Shown here: in pieces, positions 40,979-52,016 of the stretch
Layout of the letters: each line of letters opens with the position of its first letter
Numbering within the stretch: the stretch's first letter is position 1
Origin: Bugula neritina
Lineage: Eukaryota > Animalia > Bryozoa
Direction of reading: 5' to 3'
NCBI GenBank assembly: GCA_964035545.1
Contig: OZ037768.1
Span: 13,773,675 to 13,837,674 of the forward strand
DNA: 64,000 bases
Translations under genes and position numbers: made by a program
The notes under the pieces: model-generated
What the model was told of the DNA's origin: nothing
Databases searched by the model: none
Seen by the model: the letters and a program-made list of their open reading frames with translations, nothing else

Positions 40979-42848
40979 TATTATATTTTCAAGTAAATTA
41001 TTCTACATAAAATTATTTTCAGAGTCAGCTAGCCAAAGGATAACAACTGGAAGAAATAGACGAGCTACCAGCTTACAGCCGATGGCGTATAGTGGTGGAA
41101 GTGGTGGATATAGCTCCTCATCAGTAGTAAATTCAAACAGACTTAGTCGCCTATCTAGTCAGCAAGATTCATTCATGCCAAGTTCTTATGTTAGCTCAAC
41201 TCAGCGTAGCCGACGGGTGTCTGATATTGACAATAGCTACTCTTCTACTGCATCTAACGGAGGTAAGTGTTGCCTCAGCTAATCTATTTTGGTTATAGGA
41301 GTTATGTGATGACAAGTAAATATTATATTATGACATAGAAAAAATAATCTACTCTTTATAAGGTTAAGAAACTTATATAAACCTTTACATGTATTATTAT
41401 TATTATTATATATATATATACATATATAATATATGTATATATATATGTTATATATATATGTATTATATATATATATATATGTATATACACGTATATGCAT
41501 GTATATATACGTATATGCATGTATATATACATATATATATGCATGTATGTAAAGTCTCCATCTCTGTGAGAACCTATCCAGATAAAAATATTTATGCAGT
41601 CTAAGGATCTAGTCTCTCACTATGCTGGGTACATAGTGTGAGGGGTTTTCCTGTAGCACAGGAGTAATTATAATTGAATGACCTACCTGGCATCACCAAT
41701 TCCTCTCTCTCTGATATGCGTGTGTATATAGCAAAGACCTTCAAATTAGGTGGTATATTTTGATAATTCAATTCTTTTAGGATATGAAATTACAACTGAA
41801 TACTCAACAAGGTCAAGAAGGAATATTGGATCAGGGTTTGCGGATGATATTCCCAGAAGTAGAATAAGGGCAGGCTCCGGTTTGTGATAATTTAAATTAT
41901 CTTATGATATGCAATATATGCGCATAATATTAAGACACAACATGCTACTTATTTAAGCATAACAAGTAAAAATTCCTTAGTTTCTGCTAGTACAATATTG
42001 TCATAACTTGTTTTTAGCTGGGAAGCTAACAATTTGCAGGACTTTCAAGCTTATTTAAAATTTCATGTAGGTTTTATAATGGTATTTCAGAAAAATGAAT
42101 TGACAATATGCTTTTATAGAATATAGGCAGGTTGACCGAATTAGACTGCACATAAAATTAGGATCTAGAAACCTCTATTGATTGGTAACATATTATCTTA
42201 ACTTTACGTGTTGTCCAGTTATATGTTGCTATGAATTATTTTTGTGTGTATACAGTCAGTGTGATTCCCAATTGTTTATCATATTTCTATCATTGTTATT
42301 CCTCCCACCATGCTTGTTTCTAACTCACGTCAAACCTTATATATGCAAATTCCTAAAATAGTATGCAAGGTCACCTAGTGCTATCATGTTAGCTATCTAG
42401 TTTGACTATTTACCCACCACACATATAGTCTGCGAAATTTAGCGGATGATTTACAAATTTGTGCAGCTTCATGCTGAAAGCCACATTTAACAATCTTGCA
42501 AGTTACTAGTTAACAGACTGTAAGTTATATGATCATTTGTGATTATAATGTAATTAAACTATTCATTATGTGATATACAGAATACAAGAAGAACCTAATA
42601 CCATGTGTGTGCACAAATAGGAAAAAAGATTTTATCTCAACAATTTTGAAATTGATAAAAATAAGGCTTACCCATACAACATGGCATGAGTAATAGTTAT
42701 TCTAATTTTGTGGGTTGCAGAAAATAGGTTTGGTGTCAACCGATATAGCTCGGTGCAAGAAGAAAATGGGCTTCGAAGTGCATTGGGCGGTGCAAAGAAT
42801 ATATCAACAGTAACCAAAGTATCCAGAACAGTTAGATTTCAAGACTAG
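445..42848 (+). CDS. unc-22: Twitchin (UNC-22/projectin-family giant Ig/FnIII muscle kinase), multi-exon, 5' part lies upstream of the window
   Basis: Phase-compatible exons read by eye: 445-578, 1008-1112, 2016-2066, 2221-2539, 2777-2916, 3017-3155, 3436-3533, 4142-4331, 4466-4607, 6185-6333, 7765-7926, 8954-9073, 9349-9510, 9886-10026, 10422-10573, 11463-11732, 13308-13445, 13707-13880, 14566-14716, 15173-15348, 15717-16001, 16197-16473, 16580-16738, 17072-17184, 17360-17540, 17898-18063, 18317-18457, 18811-18961, 19596-19719, 20379-20523, 20701-20858, 21238-21388, 21504-21655, 22268-22386, 22532-22697, 22986-23192, 23697-23792, 26490-26675, 27139-27246, 27983-28128, 28373-28529, 28798-28949, 29805-29934, 30348-30539, 30823-31079, 31190-31328, 31641-31768, 31982-32156, 32244-32355, 32580-32752, 32967-33127, 33397-33520, 33685-33850, 34690-34895, kinase exons 35053-38166, 38395-38568, 39561-39680, 40108-40295, 40407-40587, 41023-41262, 41781-41879, 42721-42848. 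They encode I-set Ig motifs (W.K.G, D.G.Y), FnIII motifs (W..P.DDGG..I..Y.VE, YEFRV.AVN..G) and an MLCK-like kinase. Confidence 0.95.
2221..6333 (+). CDS. Four tandem Ig I-set domains of twitchin (equivalent to Ig8-Ig11)
   Basis: VRWFKN..DGGKYTL; VVWKLNG..MAGLITC; VKWFKG..DKGRYWC; VTWYKDG..DAAKYTC. Confidence 0.9.
5701..5775 (+). CDS. Symmetric 75-nt cassette exon inside an Ig domain (SAKGTGQMSRGQYMAALMSGAIRAPK)
   Basis: ttatacag acceptor and GTGAGT donor. Phase 2/2 matches flanking exons 4466-4607 and 6185-6333. Confidence 0.7.
6544..6761 (+). CDS. Putative alternative (terminal or cassette) twitchin exon, non-Ig, ANAKNEATFSQ...VLEGVKLG*
   Basis: ttactccag acceptor in phase 1, matching the exon ending at 6333. 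Open frame to TAA 6759-6761, AATAAA at 7011-7016, and possible internal phase-1 donors at 6652 and 6745. Confidence 0.6.
7081..7387. repeat. 30-bp minisatellite, about 10 copies (AAGTACTGTTCAGTGTGTAGTTAGGTGGTA)
   Basis: Near-perfect tandem units visible directly. Confidence 0.97.
7765..34895 (+). CDS. Twitchin Ig/FnIII core: (IgFn2)2-IgFn3-IgFn2-IgFn3-Ig2Fn2-Ig2Fn (9 Ig, 15 FnIII)
   Basis: Domains counted from the hand-spliced exons using the PPxxP / W..P..DGG / YxFRVxAxN motifs for FnIII and the P.V.W / D.G.Y...N..G motifs for Ig. Confidence 0.85.
12220..12243 (+). CDS. Candidate 24-nt micro-exon (VLNKSKTV)
   Basis: acttttcag|GTACTTAACAAGTCTAAGACTGTG|gtaaat, phase 0/0 between exons ending 11732 and starting 13308. 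Confidence 0.5.
12811..12828 (+). CDS. Candidate 18-nt micro-exon (ETSKIM)
   Basis: catgttacag|GAAACATCAAAGATTATG|gtaatg, phase 0/0 in the same intron, with pyrimidine-rich sequence upstream. Confidence 0.5.
23391..23459. repeat. 15-bp tandem repeat (TTGCATTACATTTCA), about 4.5 copies
   Basis: Direct tandem units. Confidence 0.85.
24114..24533. repeat. 34-bp minisatellite (ATATAGTATATACATTCAGCAGGTAGAATATAGC), about 11 copies, with variable extra ATATAGC heptamers
   Basis: Direct tandem units in a twitchin intron. Confidence 0.95.
25064..25093. repeat. (AGAT)n microsatellite
   Basis: atagatagatagataaatagatagatagat. Confidence 0.85.
27677..27893 (-). mobile_element. tRNA-derived SINE with 18-bp target site duplication
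   Basis: The minus strand starts GGGAGCAGCCGTGGTTTAAGGGTTAGA (A box) and continues to GGGTTCGAGCCC (B box). Flanks are TGACTATTTTCTGAAATA (27659-27676) and TGACTACTTTCTGAAATA (27894-27911). Confidence 0.85.
35053..38166 (+). CDS. Twitchin kinase domain (MLCK/CAMK group) plus C-terminal autoinhibitory tail
   Basis: Exons 35053-35146, 35521-35724, 36382-36523, 36981-37180, 37275-37427, 37846-37969 and 38061-38166. Motifs: YDILEELGTGAFGVVHRC, FVAKF, HLDIKPEN, DFG, TAEFAAPE, DMWACGV, then IPASRY...IGIIANFSSIKK. All catalytic residues are present. Confidence 0.95.
38395..40587 (+). CDS. Two post-kinase Ig domains
   Basis: AAPKFIIKP...VTWYHN...DDGVYTCRAVNSFG, then KPYFEFPLRDRMIQ...KLTC...VSWYHSG...DAGKYTCRAVNTLG. 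Confidence 0.9.
39671..39930 (+). repeat. 25-bp minisatellite (ACTATTACACGTGAGTATTACTATG), 10 copies, spanning an exon/intron junction
   Basis: The first unit is the last 10 nt of exon 39561-39680 plus the GTGAGT donor. Confidence 0.95.
41023..42848 (+). CDS. Ser/Arg/Gly-rich C-terminal tail of twitchin (exons 41023-41262, 41781-41879, 42721-42848)
   Basis: ESASQRITTGRNRRATSLQPMAYSGG...RSRRVSDID...GYEITTEYSTRSRRNIG...RAGS|ENRFGVNRYSSVQEENGLRSALGGAKNISTVTKVSRTVRFQD*; all joins are phase 1. Confidence 0.75.
41390..41548. repeat. Degenerate (TA)n / (TAT)n microsatellite
   Basis: Low-complexity TA tract; it is the source of the Y/I-rich spurious ORFs. Confidence 0.9.
41652..41700 (-). mobile_element. 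Degenerate fragment of the same SINE family as 27677-27893
   Basis: tgtagcacaggagtaattataattgaatg...catcaccaat aligns with tgcagcacaggagcaattacgactggatg...catcaccaat at about 27768-27816. Confidence 0.55.
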
Positions 42849-43232
42849 CCAGCGCACCCAGCCAATGGAACCACTTAGCTTGCCCATTATTGCTTAATTA
42901 CAATATGTATTGTGCATTATATCCTTACTGATATTACATTCAACCTAGCTATTATTCATGTTTTCAGTAAAATTGTTTTTGTTTAATTTTACAACAAGAA
43001 AAATCTATGTGCATGAGTTTATGAAGTGTGCTAGTGCATTAACTCAACTGATTTCATGAGGTTATTTGAGTCAAGAAACCTTGAGTACCATCTTGTACTG
43101 CGTAATCAACTTATAAGTAAGCTAACGTAATTAAAGAGACAAAAGAAAAATTAATTTGCATGAACATAAATTTTATTTATTTGTGTATTATACAGTGACT
43201 TACAAATAGTTTGCAACAACAAATGTAGCTTT

Positions 43233-46200
43233 TTATTGTTTTCTTCGCTCTTTGTGTGACTTTTTTCTTTTCTTCTTTTTATGCTTGTGATTGCCTTTGT
43301 CTCTGTGCTGTTGGCCAATGATGAAAACAGAATTAGTAAAAAGTAAAACGAAAATACATTAAATTTAGCTAAAGCCATCCTCAATACATTGATTAGTTTT
43401 GCTTAAGAAGTTATTTTCTATTCAACACTTAGTTTAACACATTCATTATTAAGTAGTTGATGACAACAACAAGTAACACAAAAGCATTCTACACCTAAAT
43501 AATTAATTACCTCAAGAACAATGTAGTGTTGCCTAAAGCTATAGATAAGCATGCTATCACCTAGGCGCTAAGTCATGCTACTAATTAAAAATAGAGTGAA
43601 AAGAGATAATGATTAGTATGTACATGAACTGCAAGTCTCACCCCTTTGCCTTTGTCTTCTTTTGATGAGCTTGACAAACCCAGTAATGCTGGTGGCAGAG
43701 CTGGCATCCAACAATCTTTGTCAGCAGTCTCGTCAATTTCAGATGGAGGTGTTTGAGGTTCAACTAGTGGAGTCGTTTGCATGACAGATAGAGTGTTTAA
43801 TGTTGGTGAGGAGATTATTAGTGTTGCACACTCTGCAGGAGTGCTAGCAGCTACCTTGCTCGTCTCCTTTGATTCCTCAGCTGCAGTTAGACCTGTGCTC
43901 AGAGTCTCTGCATCTGTACTAGTTGGTTGTATAACATTAGAGTCAGACCAGCGTGACTTTCTGCTTCCAGAATCAGTTTTATGCCTGTCTTTCTTGGGCA
44001 CAAACTTCACCTTGAACTCTGAACTTTGAGGTTCTAGAGAATTTATGACCCCTGAGAGATCAGGTTGCGGTGCACTATTATCGTTATAGTTAGAAGGGAT
44101 TGTTCTAGAACAATCATACTGTTCTTTGAGAGATTGAAATGCTGATTTAGAAACGGAATCCGCTGCTGGAACAGAAATACTTTGAGGAGATGACAACTTC
44201 TTGTTCTCCAAATTTTCTGAAATTTCATAAGACAATTTAGATTCATAAAACTTAAGAAAATAAAATTTTGATCGACTTGAATCATCGTGGTCAATATATC
44301 AGATAATTTTCGCTCACCCTTTCTAATTTTAATGGAAAATTTATGTAATTTTAACATACCATCGTCTGTATCGCTACTTTCTGATTGGTCAGAGTCGGAG
44401 TTCTGAAACACAGCCTTGAACAGATCTAGAGGTGCTTTCTCACCATCAACTAATGACTTTGGTCCAGCAGAGCTTTCCTGTGTTTCTGCTCGATTTTTTA
44501 AATCTAACTTTTCATTTTCTTGACCAAGTTTCTCTTTTTGAGCCTCTAAATTTCCCAACCATTATTTTTGATAATAGTATTTCGTATCAATAGCATAAAA
44601 TTTGACAAGTAAAAATATAGCAGCAGATTTTTGATAAAAAAGTACAAGTTTAAGTGATAAATTGAATACTGAAATACAGTGAATAACCTACTCAACTCAT
44701 TTGGTGCTTTTGTTAACGAGTCAATATCCAGAAAATTATAGGCTGATATTTTATCTTTATACACTGTAGGCAAACCAACTAGCTGTGAACTGTAAAACAA
44801 ATATAAAAAATGCAACAAGAGTATGACCTTATGTTGCATAGCACCGTTTTGAAATGTTTAAAGCTTTAAAATGTCTTGTATTTTCTCAAATTTCGCTGGT
44901 GCTTATGTAAATATAATAACCAAAGAAAAGAAAGAGTCATGATCTAGTGTTTAGAACGCTGGCCTAGTGTGGCACCCGTTTGTTAGGCCATACTAGGTAG
45001 GATCACTGGTGATGTTAGGAAGAGCATCTGGTCACAATTGCTCTCACACTCCTTTGAACGTTCTTAAAATACGTTGCCAGCATGGTGAAAGACAGTCTTT
45101 AATCCAATTATAAACCAATACCATCAGACATTCTCACTTTAAACAAGCCTAAATTTACAATCACCAAACGAAATAGGGCTCACATGAGACATTTTCCAAA
45201 ATGTTGAGTAGTTATGTAAACATTTGGTAACGCATAACATATAAAACATGCATTGCCTGCATAAAGGCCTGGCCACACACTCGTGAGAATCACACGAAAT
45301 CGTTTATTTTACATGAAAACACAAACGTACGATCAAATCTGAGAGAATTCATACGAAATTGTATTTGCTGGGTGCACCCACCAAAGACGATGGACGAAAG
45401 AGCGCAATTGATGATAAGCACCATTTGATTGGTCAATAAAATTTTAGCAACAGTGATTATTTCAGTTCTACCACGTTTCTGTGTCTGGCAATTTTCTGCT
45501 GTTTGTATCTCATGCAAGACTCATTCACGAACTATTCATTATGAGTTTCATTTGACGAACATGTGGCTGGTCATAACGAGAGGATAACTCACGACAAAAT
45601 TCACACAAATTTTGTGTGATTCTCACGAGTGTGTGGCCAGGCCTTAACACTTTTTGAAACTTCTGGCTAAAAACAAGAGATGCAAATCTCACAGGTTGGG
45701 GGTACATTTGGTGCTGAGTTCACATATACATGTTGTAGTAAACCCACCTTGTAGTGCATATACTACAGAGCTACAGCTATGACATTATTGTTAAAATTCA
45801 AAATAAATTTCACTATTATTTCTAAACTATCATTCCATTATCTCACAACCTATACACAGTGCGAAACACCGTCGATTTTATATTTATAGGAAAATATTAG
45901 GTAAATAAGATTTAAAAATAGATACCAGTAAATATTTAAATAAAACTGAGCCAGTTGGTACAATGTAGATTACTAAGACCCATAAAGCAAAGTGAAAGCA
46001 GGTAGAAAACTGGAAAGATGTTCTAGCTGTGACATTTGATAGAGTTTATATCATATTCATCCTACAGCTTCAATTTAATTATAACTTCTACTATAAATAA
46101 CACATGGCAGAGAATAATGACAGTGACTTACTCAGGGTATGGGTCAGGAACATTAAATCTTTTACACAGCAGTCTGTGGGGATGCCATTCATACGACTCT

Positions 46201-49200
46201 CTGGTCAGTCTGCCAAACAGCTTCATTTTGACAGCCTGCTTCTTCTCATCAACCAAACCATCTGCTTCTTCATCTACACGAACGCTGACCTAGACACACA
46301 CACACACATTGCTATGTAAATCCACAGAGCTATTGCAGACAGCAATGGCTGTCATCAAAATAAATGAAAATAACTAGAGAGAAGCAAACATTACAGCAAA
46401 TATTCAGATGTTAAAGATGGCCTACACAGTTTTATGATACAGAATTCAACTAAAGTTATTTCATTTGTTTTAGACAAATTCTTCAGCCAATATTATTGTT
46501 TTAAATGTCCTAAACATTTATTTGTTTAAGATACATTGGCTTCAAGTGTAGATACATTGTGTAATGAAGAGAGTGCCAGTAATGAGTACTAAATTCATAT
46601 ACAAATGAGCAGCTTGTGTATGTGCATTTGTCACCATTTAAACTTGCTAAAAAACATGACAGAAAATACAGCAGAGCAGCACGTCTGAAGCCTCACAACA
46701 GCTTCTATAACATAATAAAGAGCAGCAGTATAACCATCTTATATTCCAACAACAATATGGATGTGTCAGCAGGCCACACCTTAGAGTCGTCATCTTCCTC
46801 AGTCAGTTTACTTCTGGTAAAACGGCTGGCCATAACCCCAGACAGATCCTTAAAGAATTTACCCGATCGTTCAAACTCTTCTCTCTCACGATCTCTCTCA
46901 TGTCTCCTGTATTCTGGGGGAGCCACCTTATCATATGCATCTACAAAACAAACTTGCTCTATACACTTTCCTTCTTTAAATTCATGTAAAAGCTAATTAA
47001 GATAAAGAAATTAATTACATCATTGTTACAAATAATGTGAACGTATAGCCTACAATTGCAATGACAACTAAGCCCATGACCAATATTAATATTCAAGTGT
47101 ATCTATTTCAAAATCAAACCTCTATCTCCGCTACGTTTCAACATCAAATATCTCTCATATCTGGCTTGCTTTTCAGGAAGTTTAATAAAAGGTTTGAAAT
47201 CAACAGATTGCTTGTTTAAAGGTTCACTTGGCCTGGGTGGAGGAGACAGTTGGTCAGACTGAAATGAAATAAGCATGATTTAGAGACCCCACTAATAAAT
47301 ACATTGAATGCGATACACTATTTCTAAACAGAAAGTATTAGTCTGAATAGTAAAAGTAGAACATGAATATCAAGCAAAAACAAAAGTTAAAAACAAGACT
47401 GTTGCATTCATAAAAATGCTAAACTTGTTAAGATGTTAAAGGATGGCTAGTGTTTGTGTGAATAGAAATAGAAGTACAAAAGCTAACAAGTACCTCCACA
47501 TAATCTTGAGCGACAGCGGGTGCTCCTTCATTCAGGCTGACGTCCGCTGACTTACCTGGCAGCAAGGGATTGCTCGACTCTGAACAGTCTTCCGATTTTA
47601 CTGAAGTTGAATCTGTAAAAAGTAATAGGATAATGAGAAAGACAATATAAACAATAAAGTTTCACTCAAAATCTCTCAGCTTAAACATTTTTATTTGATA
47701 GAAAATTTTAAAAATCATCCAAGATCATTTATTAGATTTAAAATTTATTACATAAAATATCAAATATGTAAAATATCATGAGAAAAACTGATGGTGTAAA
47801 AAATTAGGCCCACAAAACCAAATAAAGCACATAAAATTTACAATCAGTGTACAAGAATTAATCACACAAAACTTCACTTGAACCAGTCACCTTTGACAGA
47901 TTCACCGATGATCAGAGCTCGTAACGTCCTGTCCATTTTTCCATAAATCTTTGGTAAATCAGAGGCTCCAGTTACTGCTGCTTTAGGTCTGTATGCTCTG
48001 GGCAGTTGAGGCACACTATACTGTTCAAAGGTCTTGTCCTTTTTAACAGCTAAGCAGAAGCCATCCAGTACGGTGGCAGACTGGTACATCTTAAGGTGAC
48101 CTTTGCCAGGAGCCCTGACTATCAGTGAAATATTTCACACGTATGTAAATCTGTGCATTGACTGTAGCACACTCTGCATGCATTGTATTATAGCAAATAT
48201 TAGCAAAATGCTCCACTGTAAGACCTCACAAACATACTTACAAATAATTGCTAATTCACAAAATGAAGCATGGCAAGTGATTAACATAATTATATCTGAT
48301 CAATGATTACCTAGACTATAGACAATATATGGTGTAGAATGTAGATTGAGATGAAGTTAAATTTGAAGCTCGTGTTACAATAGTTTAATACTTGTAAGAT
48401 AATAAGATAACAGCTAAAAACTAACTCAACAAAGATATTTTCCTCATCAGCTATGAGTCAGAAAAGGTGTTGTAAACATTATGCTATCTATCAAATGTAA
48501 TAATAATAATTGCCCAAATATAGTTTTGAAACACTGCACTACATGACCATAAAACTGTGACCAATGAATTAAGATTATAATATAAATCGTAAGTTGTTTA
48601 CCTGATGGCTTGGTGAAGCTGTGGAGTTCTTCTGGCTCATCTCCAATTGACAGATCATAATTAGACATTTTATCAGTGGAATAGATATCTCCATCTTCCA
48701 CATCTTCTTCAATACCAACACCAAATGCCTGCAAACATATGAGTTTCATTCCAAACCTATTGCCCCACATTATGTGTCTCAGTAAATATATCGTTAAGTA
48801 ACCACTAAACATTAGTATACAATTTACAACATTAGGTGATAAACAATATAGGAAGCGAGCATATCAAAGTTGCATAAATCTAAAAACATTTTAATGCCTT
48901 TTAAAAATGATGGCTTGAAATTTCTATTATTTTGATAATGGATAAACGTGAAGTATGTTAGTATTACAGGGTTGGGCCAATTACATATGAATGTAATTAA
49001 TTACAATTCCAATTATATGAAAACTTGTCAATTACAATTATAATTACAGTTGAAAAGTAATGTAATTAATTACAATTACATGGTAATATAATTAATTTGT
49101 ATTACTTTTGTTCTCACAAGGAATAAATAGAAGTTATACAATCTCACTTCTGGGGTCTGACTACCAAGGGCAATTTTGACAATGGTGAACCTCCTTTGTT

Positions 49201-51829
49201 CTCAACAGTGATACTATACTACGTTGAATTAATCTGAACTTGTTATTTAACAGTAGGGATGGTAGAAGAAGTGTGAAGTTTTCAAAATTTGAAAATTTGA
49301 AGCAATTGACATGTAATTATAAAGTAATTATAAAAATCAATTACATTACTTATGCAATTAATTACAATTACATTTTTATACATCAATTACAAATTACATT
49401 CAATTACTTGAAATAAAGTAATTAATTACAACCAATTACAATTACAAAGTACAATTACCCGAACCCTGGTTAGTAAAACTGTCTAAGTCATTCATTATAA
49501 AACTTTTTAAATCTTGAATGTCATAAAAAATTGAGTATTCAATGAGAAATTATGTGTATAGTTACCTTTCCGGTTATACCTCTACTGTGACCTCCAAAAG
49601 TCAGCCTCTCTTCTTCATCAGCGCTGCTCTTTGTACTTGCTTTAACACTCAATGGCTGATAGCCAATGCCGTGTAAGTCGTCTTTAGCATTGAACTTTAC
49701 CGGGTTCATGTCCTTGGGAGCAAAGGTCACGTGACTCAAATATTCCTCTTCATCTGAGCTACCGCCCTGCAAGCAATTGCTTCATAATTTTAGAAAAAAT
49801 AAATTTTTTAAACAGTTTTCGTATGAAAAGTAAAGCATATCTGCGTCCCATCTTCATTTATTGGAAAACTGACTAATTTGTTATCAACAAGTATGTAAAA
49901 ACTTGCAATGGGTACTAAAAATAGATACCGCAGGCAGAATAAACATAGCTTTCATTTTTGTTCAACATATTTCTTTAAATTTTAAAATAAAACTGATATT
50001 AATGTTTTAGCATGTGCCAGATATATAAACAAGCTAAATAAATTAAAGTTGTCAGGCAAAGAAAAACTATAACAGAAACTACCGGAAATTTCACAACAAA
50101 ATGATAACTACTGTACATTTGAGATAGAAACAACTCCATCTCGATATTTGCACCTGCACTAAATATTACATCATGAAGCCATACACTGTTGGTGTTACTT
50201 GGCAATGCTGGTCCATAGACTGTTGACTGATTTCCACTTTGCTTCTTCCGTTTTCGTTTCACTCGCGGTCCAATACCTTGCCCATGCTTCCAGCCCATAA
50301 GACACAGCAACTTTACAGCTATTGATGAACTAAAATAATAAAATAGATCATTTCAATATCAAGTGAATAGAGATAATAATAATTATATGTTAAGTAAGTT
50401 TTCAGAATTTTTAAAAATAATGATAGCACATATCTGTAATGGGAAAACATTTTGTTACAACAATTGAATAACTTTGAACAACTGAATTATTTTGAGAAAA
50501 TGTGTAATTGAACGAAAAATGTGGAATAACATTACCGAATAGGTTTGATGACATCACTAAGAGCTGCAGTCAAACCTGGAACTACCGGATCCCAAGCCGC
50601 TCTCTCGTTTTGCCAATCTTGCTGATTATAGTTACTAGTTCTTTGTATTTGTCTTGGTGCAATACCAAACTGGTCCAAATCCTTACACAAAATTAGATAA
50701 TACTGTTTTATCAACGAATTAAAACGAATTAATGCTATTATCAAAAACACTCTAACAAAGCATTAGTGGTGCTGCACACCTTGCACTTTGTAAGTGGATT
50801 CTGATAGTAAAGTGTCTTAATAAGTCAAATGTTAATTTTAATCTAAATTTACGGACTAATAACATGGCTGAGCTTTAATACCTCCTCATCCATAAAATGT
50901 TCAGGCTTATTTCTGTTTTTGCCATCAGCAATACTTGCTGCTTTCCGAGATGAAATAAATGTAGATGGTGCCCATCCTGTGAAACAGCAAGCGGTATTGT
51001 TATTACAAATACTACAGACTTTTATGATATTACAGTTGAAAATTTAACAAGAAATCTCTTGGGAATCTCTCGTAAAACTTGTAATATTACTGTTCAAAGT
51101 ATGAGCTGTCTAGCATGAAACAAAATTTGAGAAAAAATCCTTTAAACAACATTTTAGCAACTAGTAGAAGCTTGTCTATGAAACTAGTATCTTAAAAACA
51201 TAATGAAAAATTACACAACCTTCTTCAGTGCCAACAGTATTATAATAACCAGCAGAAAACCCTCCAGTAAAAGCTCCATGAAATCTTTCTCTTCCTTGTT
51301 TGTCTTTCACTTTTTGTGCTTTCAACTTATTTTCATTTGAAAGCTTAGACAAAGACTCATCTACATAACAATCAACAGATTAACCTAATCTGCAATTTAT
51401 ATGTTATATAAGCATGTGCATAATTAGAATAAGTAGACATAATGAAACAACAGAGACATTAAAAGAACTGCCAGCATAATTAGTGTATTAGAAATTAACA
51501 GTTGGGGGAGTTTCTCTTACTATATCTAGTGTGTGTTACTATAATTCTCGTTAATGCTTATGCTATTTTATATTTATTAGACCACAAAAAAATCTTTATA
51601 GCTCCAACAAATATGCAATGTTGCCCATCAAACTATAATATGCAAACAGAAGTTATTAAATAAAACAACAAATAAAAATAAAATAATAAATAAATAGAAT
51701 AGTTGACATGAAAATGAAAAAATAAATATAATAAGTGTAACAAATAAAAAACAAACATAAACAATAAAACTACTGACCATCCCGGATTGGTACAACTGGG
51801 GTGCCATATCCAACGAAATCAGTTTCCAT
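43233..51829 (-). CDS. GPATCH1: G-patch domain-containing protein 1 (spliceosome quality-control factor), complete multi-exon gene
   Basis: ATG at 51829 ([11 protein letters not shown]). Exons: 51778-51829; 51220-51360 ([30 protein letters not shown]); 50882-50976 ([18 protein letters not shown]); 50536-50681 (DLDQFGIAP); 50185-50329 (G-patch, [16 protein letters not shown]); 49566-49766 ([14 protein letters not shown]); 48602-48728 (AFGVG..DIY); about 47879-48117 (VLDGF); further exons at about 47493-47612, 47120-47257, 46733-46940, 46132-46289, 44359-44524 (PLDLFKAVF) and 43642-44234; last exon 43233-43307 ([24 protein letters not shown]). The motifs match my recollection of human GPATCH1. 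Confidence 0.93.
44935..45060 (+). mobile_element. Degenerate copy of the tRNA-derived SINE family
   Basis: cactggtgatgttaggaagagcatctggtcacaattgctc (45004-45043) matches cattggtgatgttagaaagagcatccagtcgtaattgctc in the 27.7-kb SINE. An eroded A-box-like tgatctagtgtttaga lies upstream. Confidence 0.6.
45265..45644. mobile_element. PIF/Harbinger-type MITE (380 bp) in a GPATCH1 intron
   Basis: Perfect 31-bp terminal inverted repeats AGGCCTGGCCACACACTCGTGAGAATCACAC, with a TAA target duplication at 45262-45264 and 45645-45647. Confidence 0.9.
48967..49468. mobile_element. hAT-like non-autonomous element with AATTAC subterminal repeats
   Basis: Ends are CAGGGTTGGG and CCCGAACCCTG (imperfect inverted repeat), with dense AATTAC/GTAATT arrays inside both ends. 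No clean 8-bp target duplication. Confidence 0.65.
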
Positions 51830-52016
51830 TTCAACTGTGATTGTCACTCGGAAATTGCTTTACTCCTTTCAAACATAACCATAATTAGATAATGTGCAAA
51901 ATTACAATTTTATTTGCCTACACATGCAAACGTAAAATCTAACAAAAAACGGTGGCACATGTTTTTATTAACCTAGTAAGACATTAACCAAATATCAATA
52001 TGCATCCGAGTGTAAG

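Noticed and set aside
41279-41604. YIYI-rich ORFs on both strands
   Set aside because: They are translations of the (TA)n microsatellite.
42581-42693. Alternative last exon EYKKNLIPCVCT...
   Set aside because: The acceptor context is weak and the composition is intron-like; 42721-42848 fits the tail much better.
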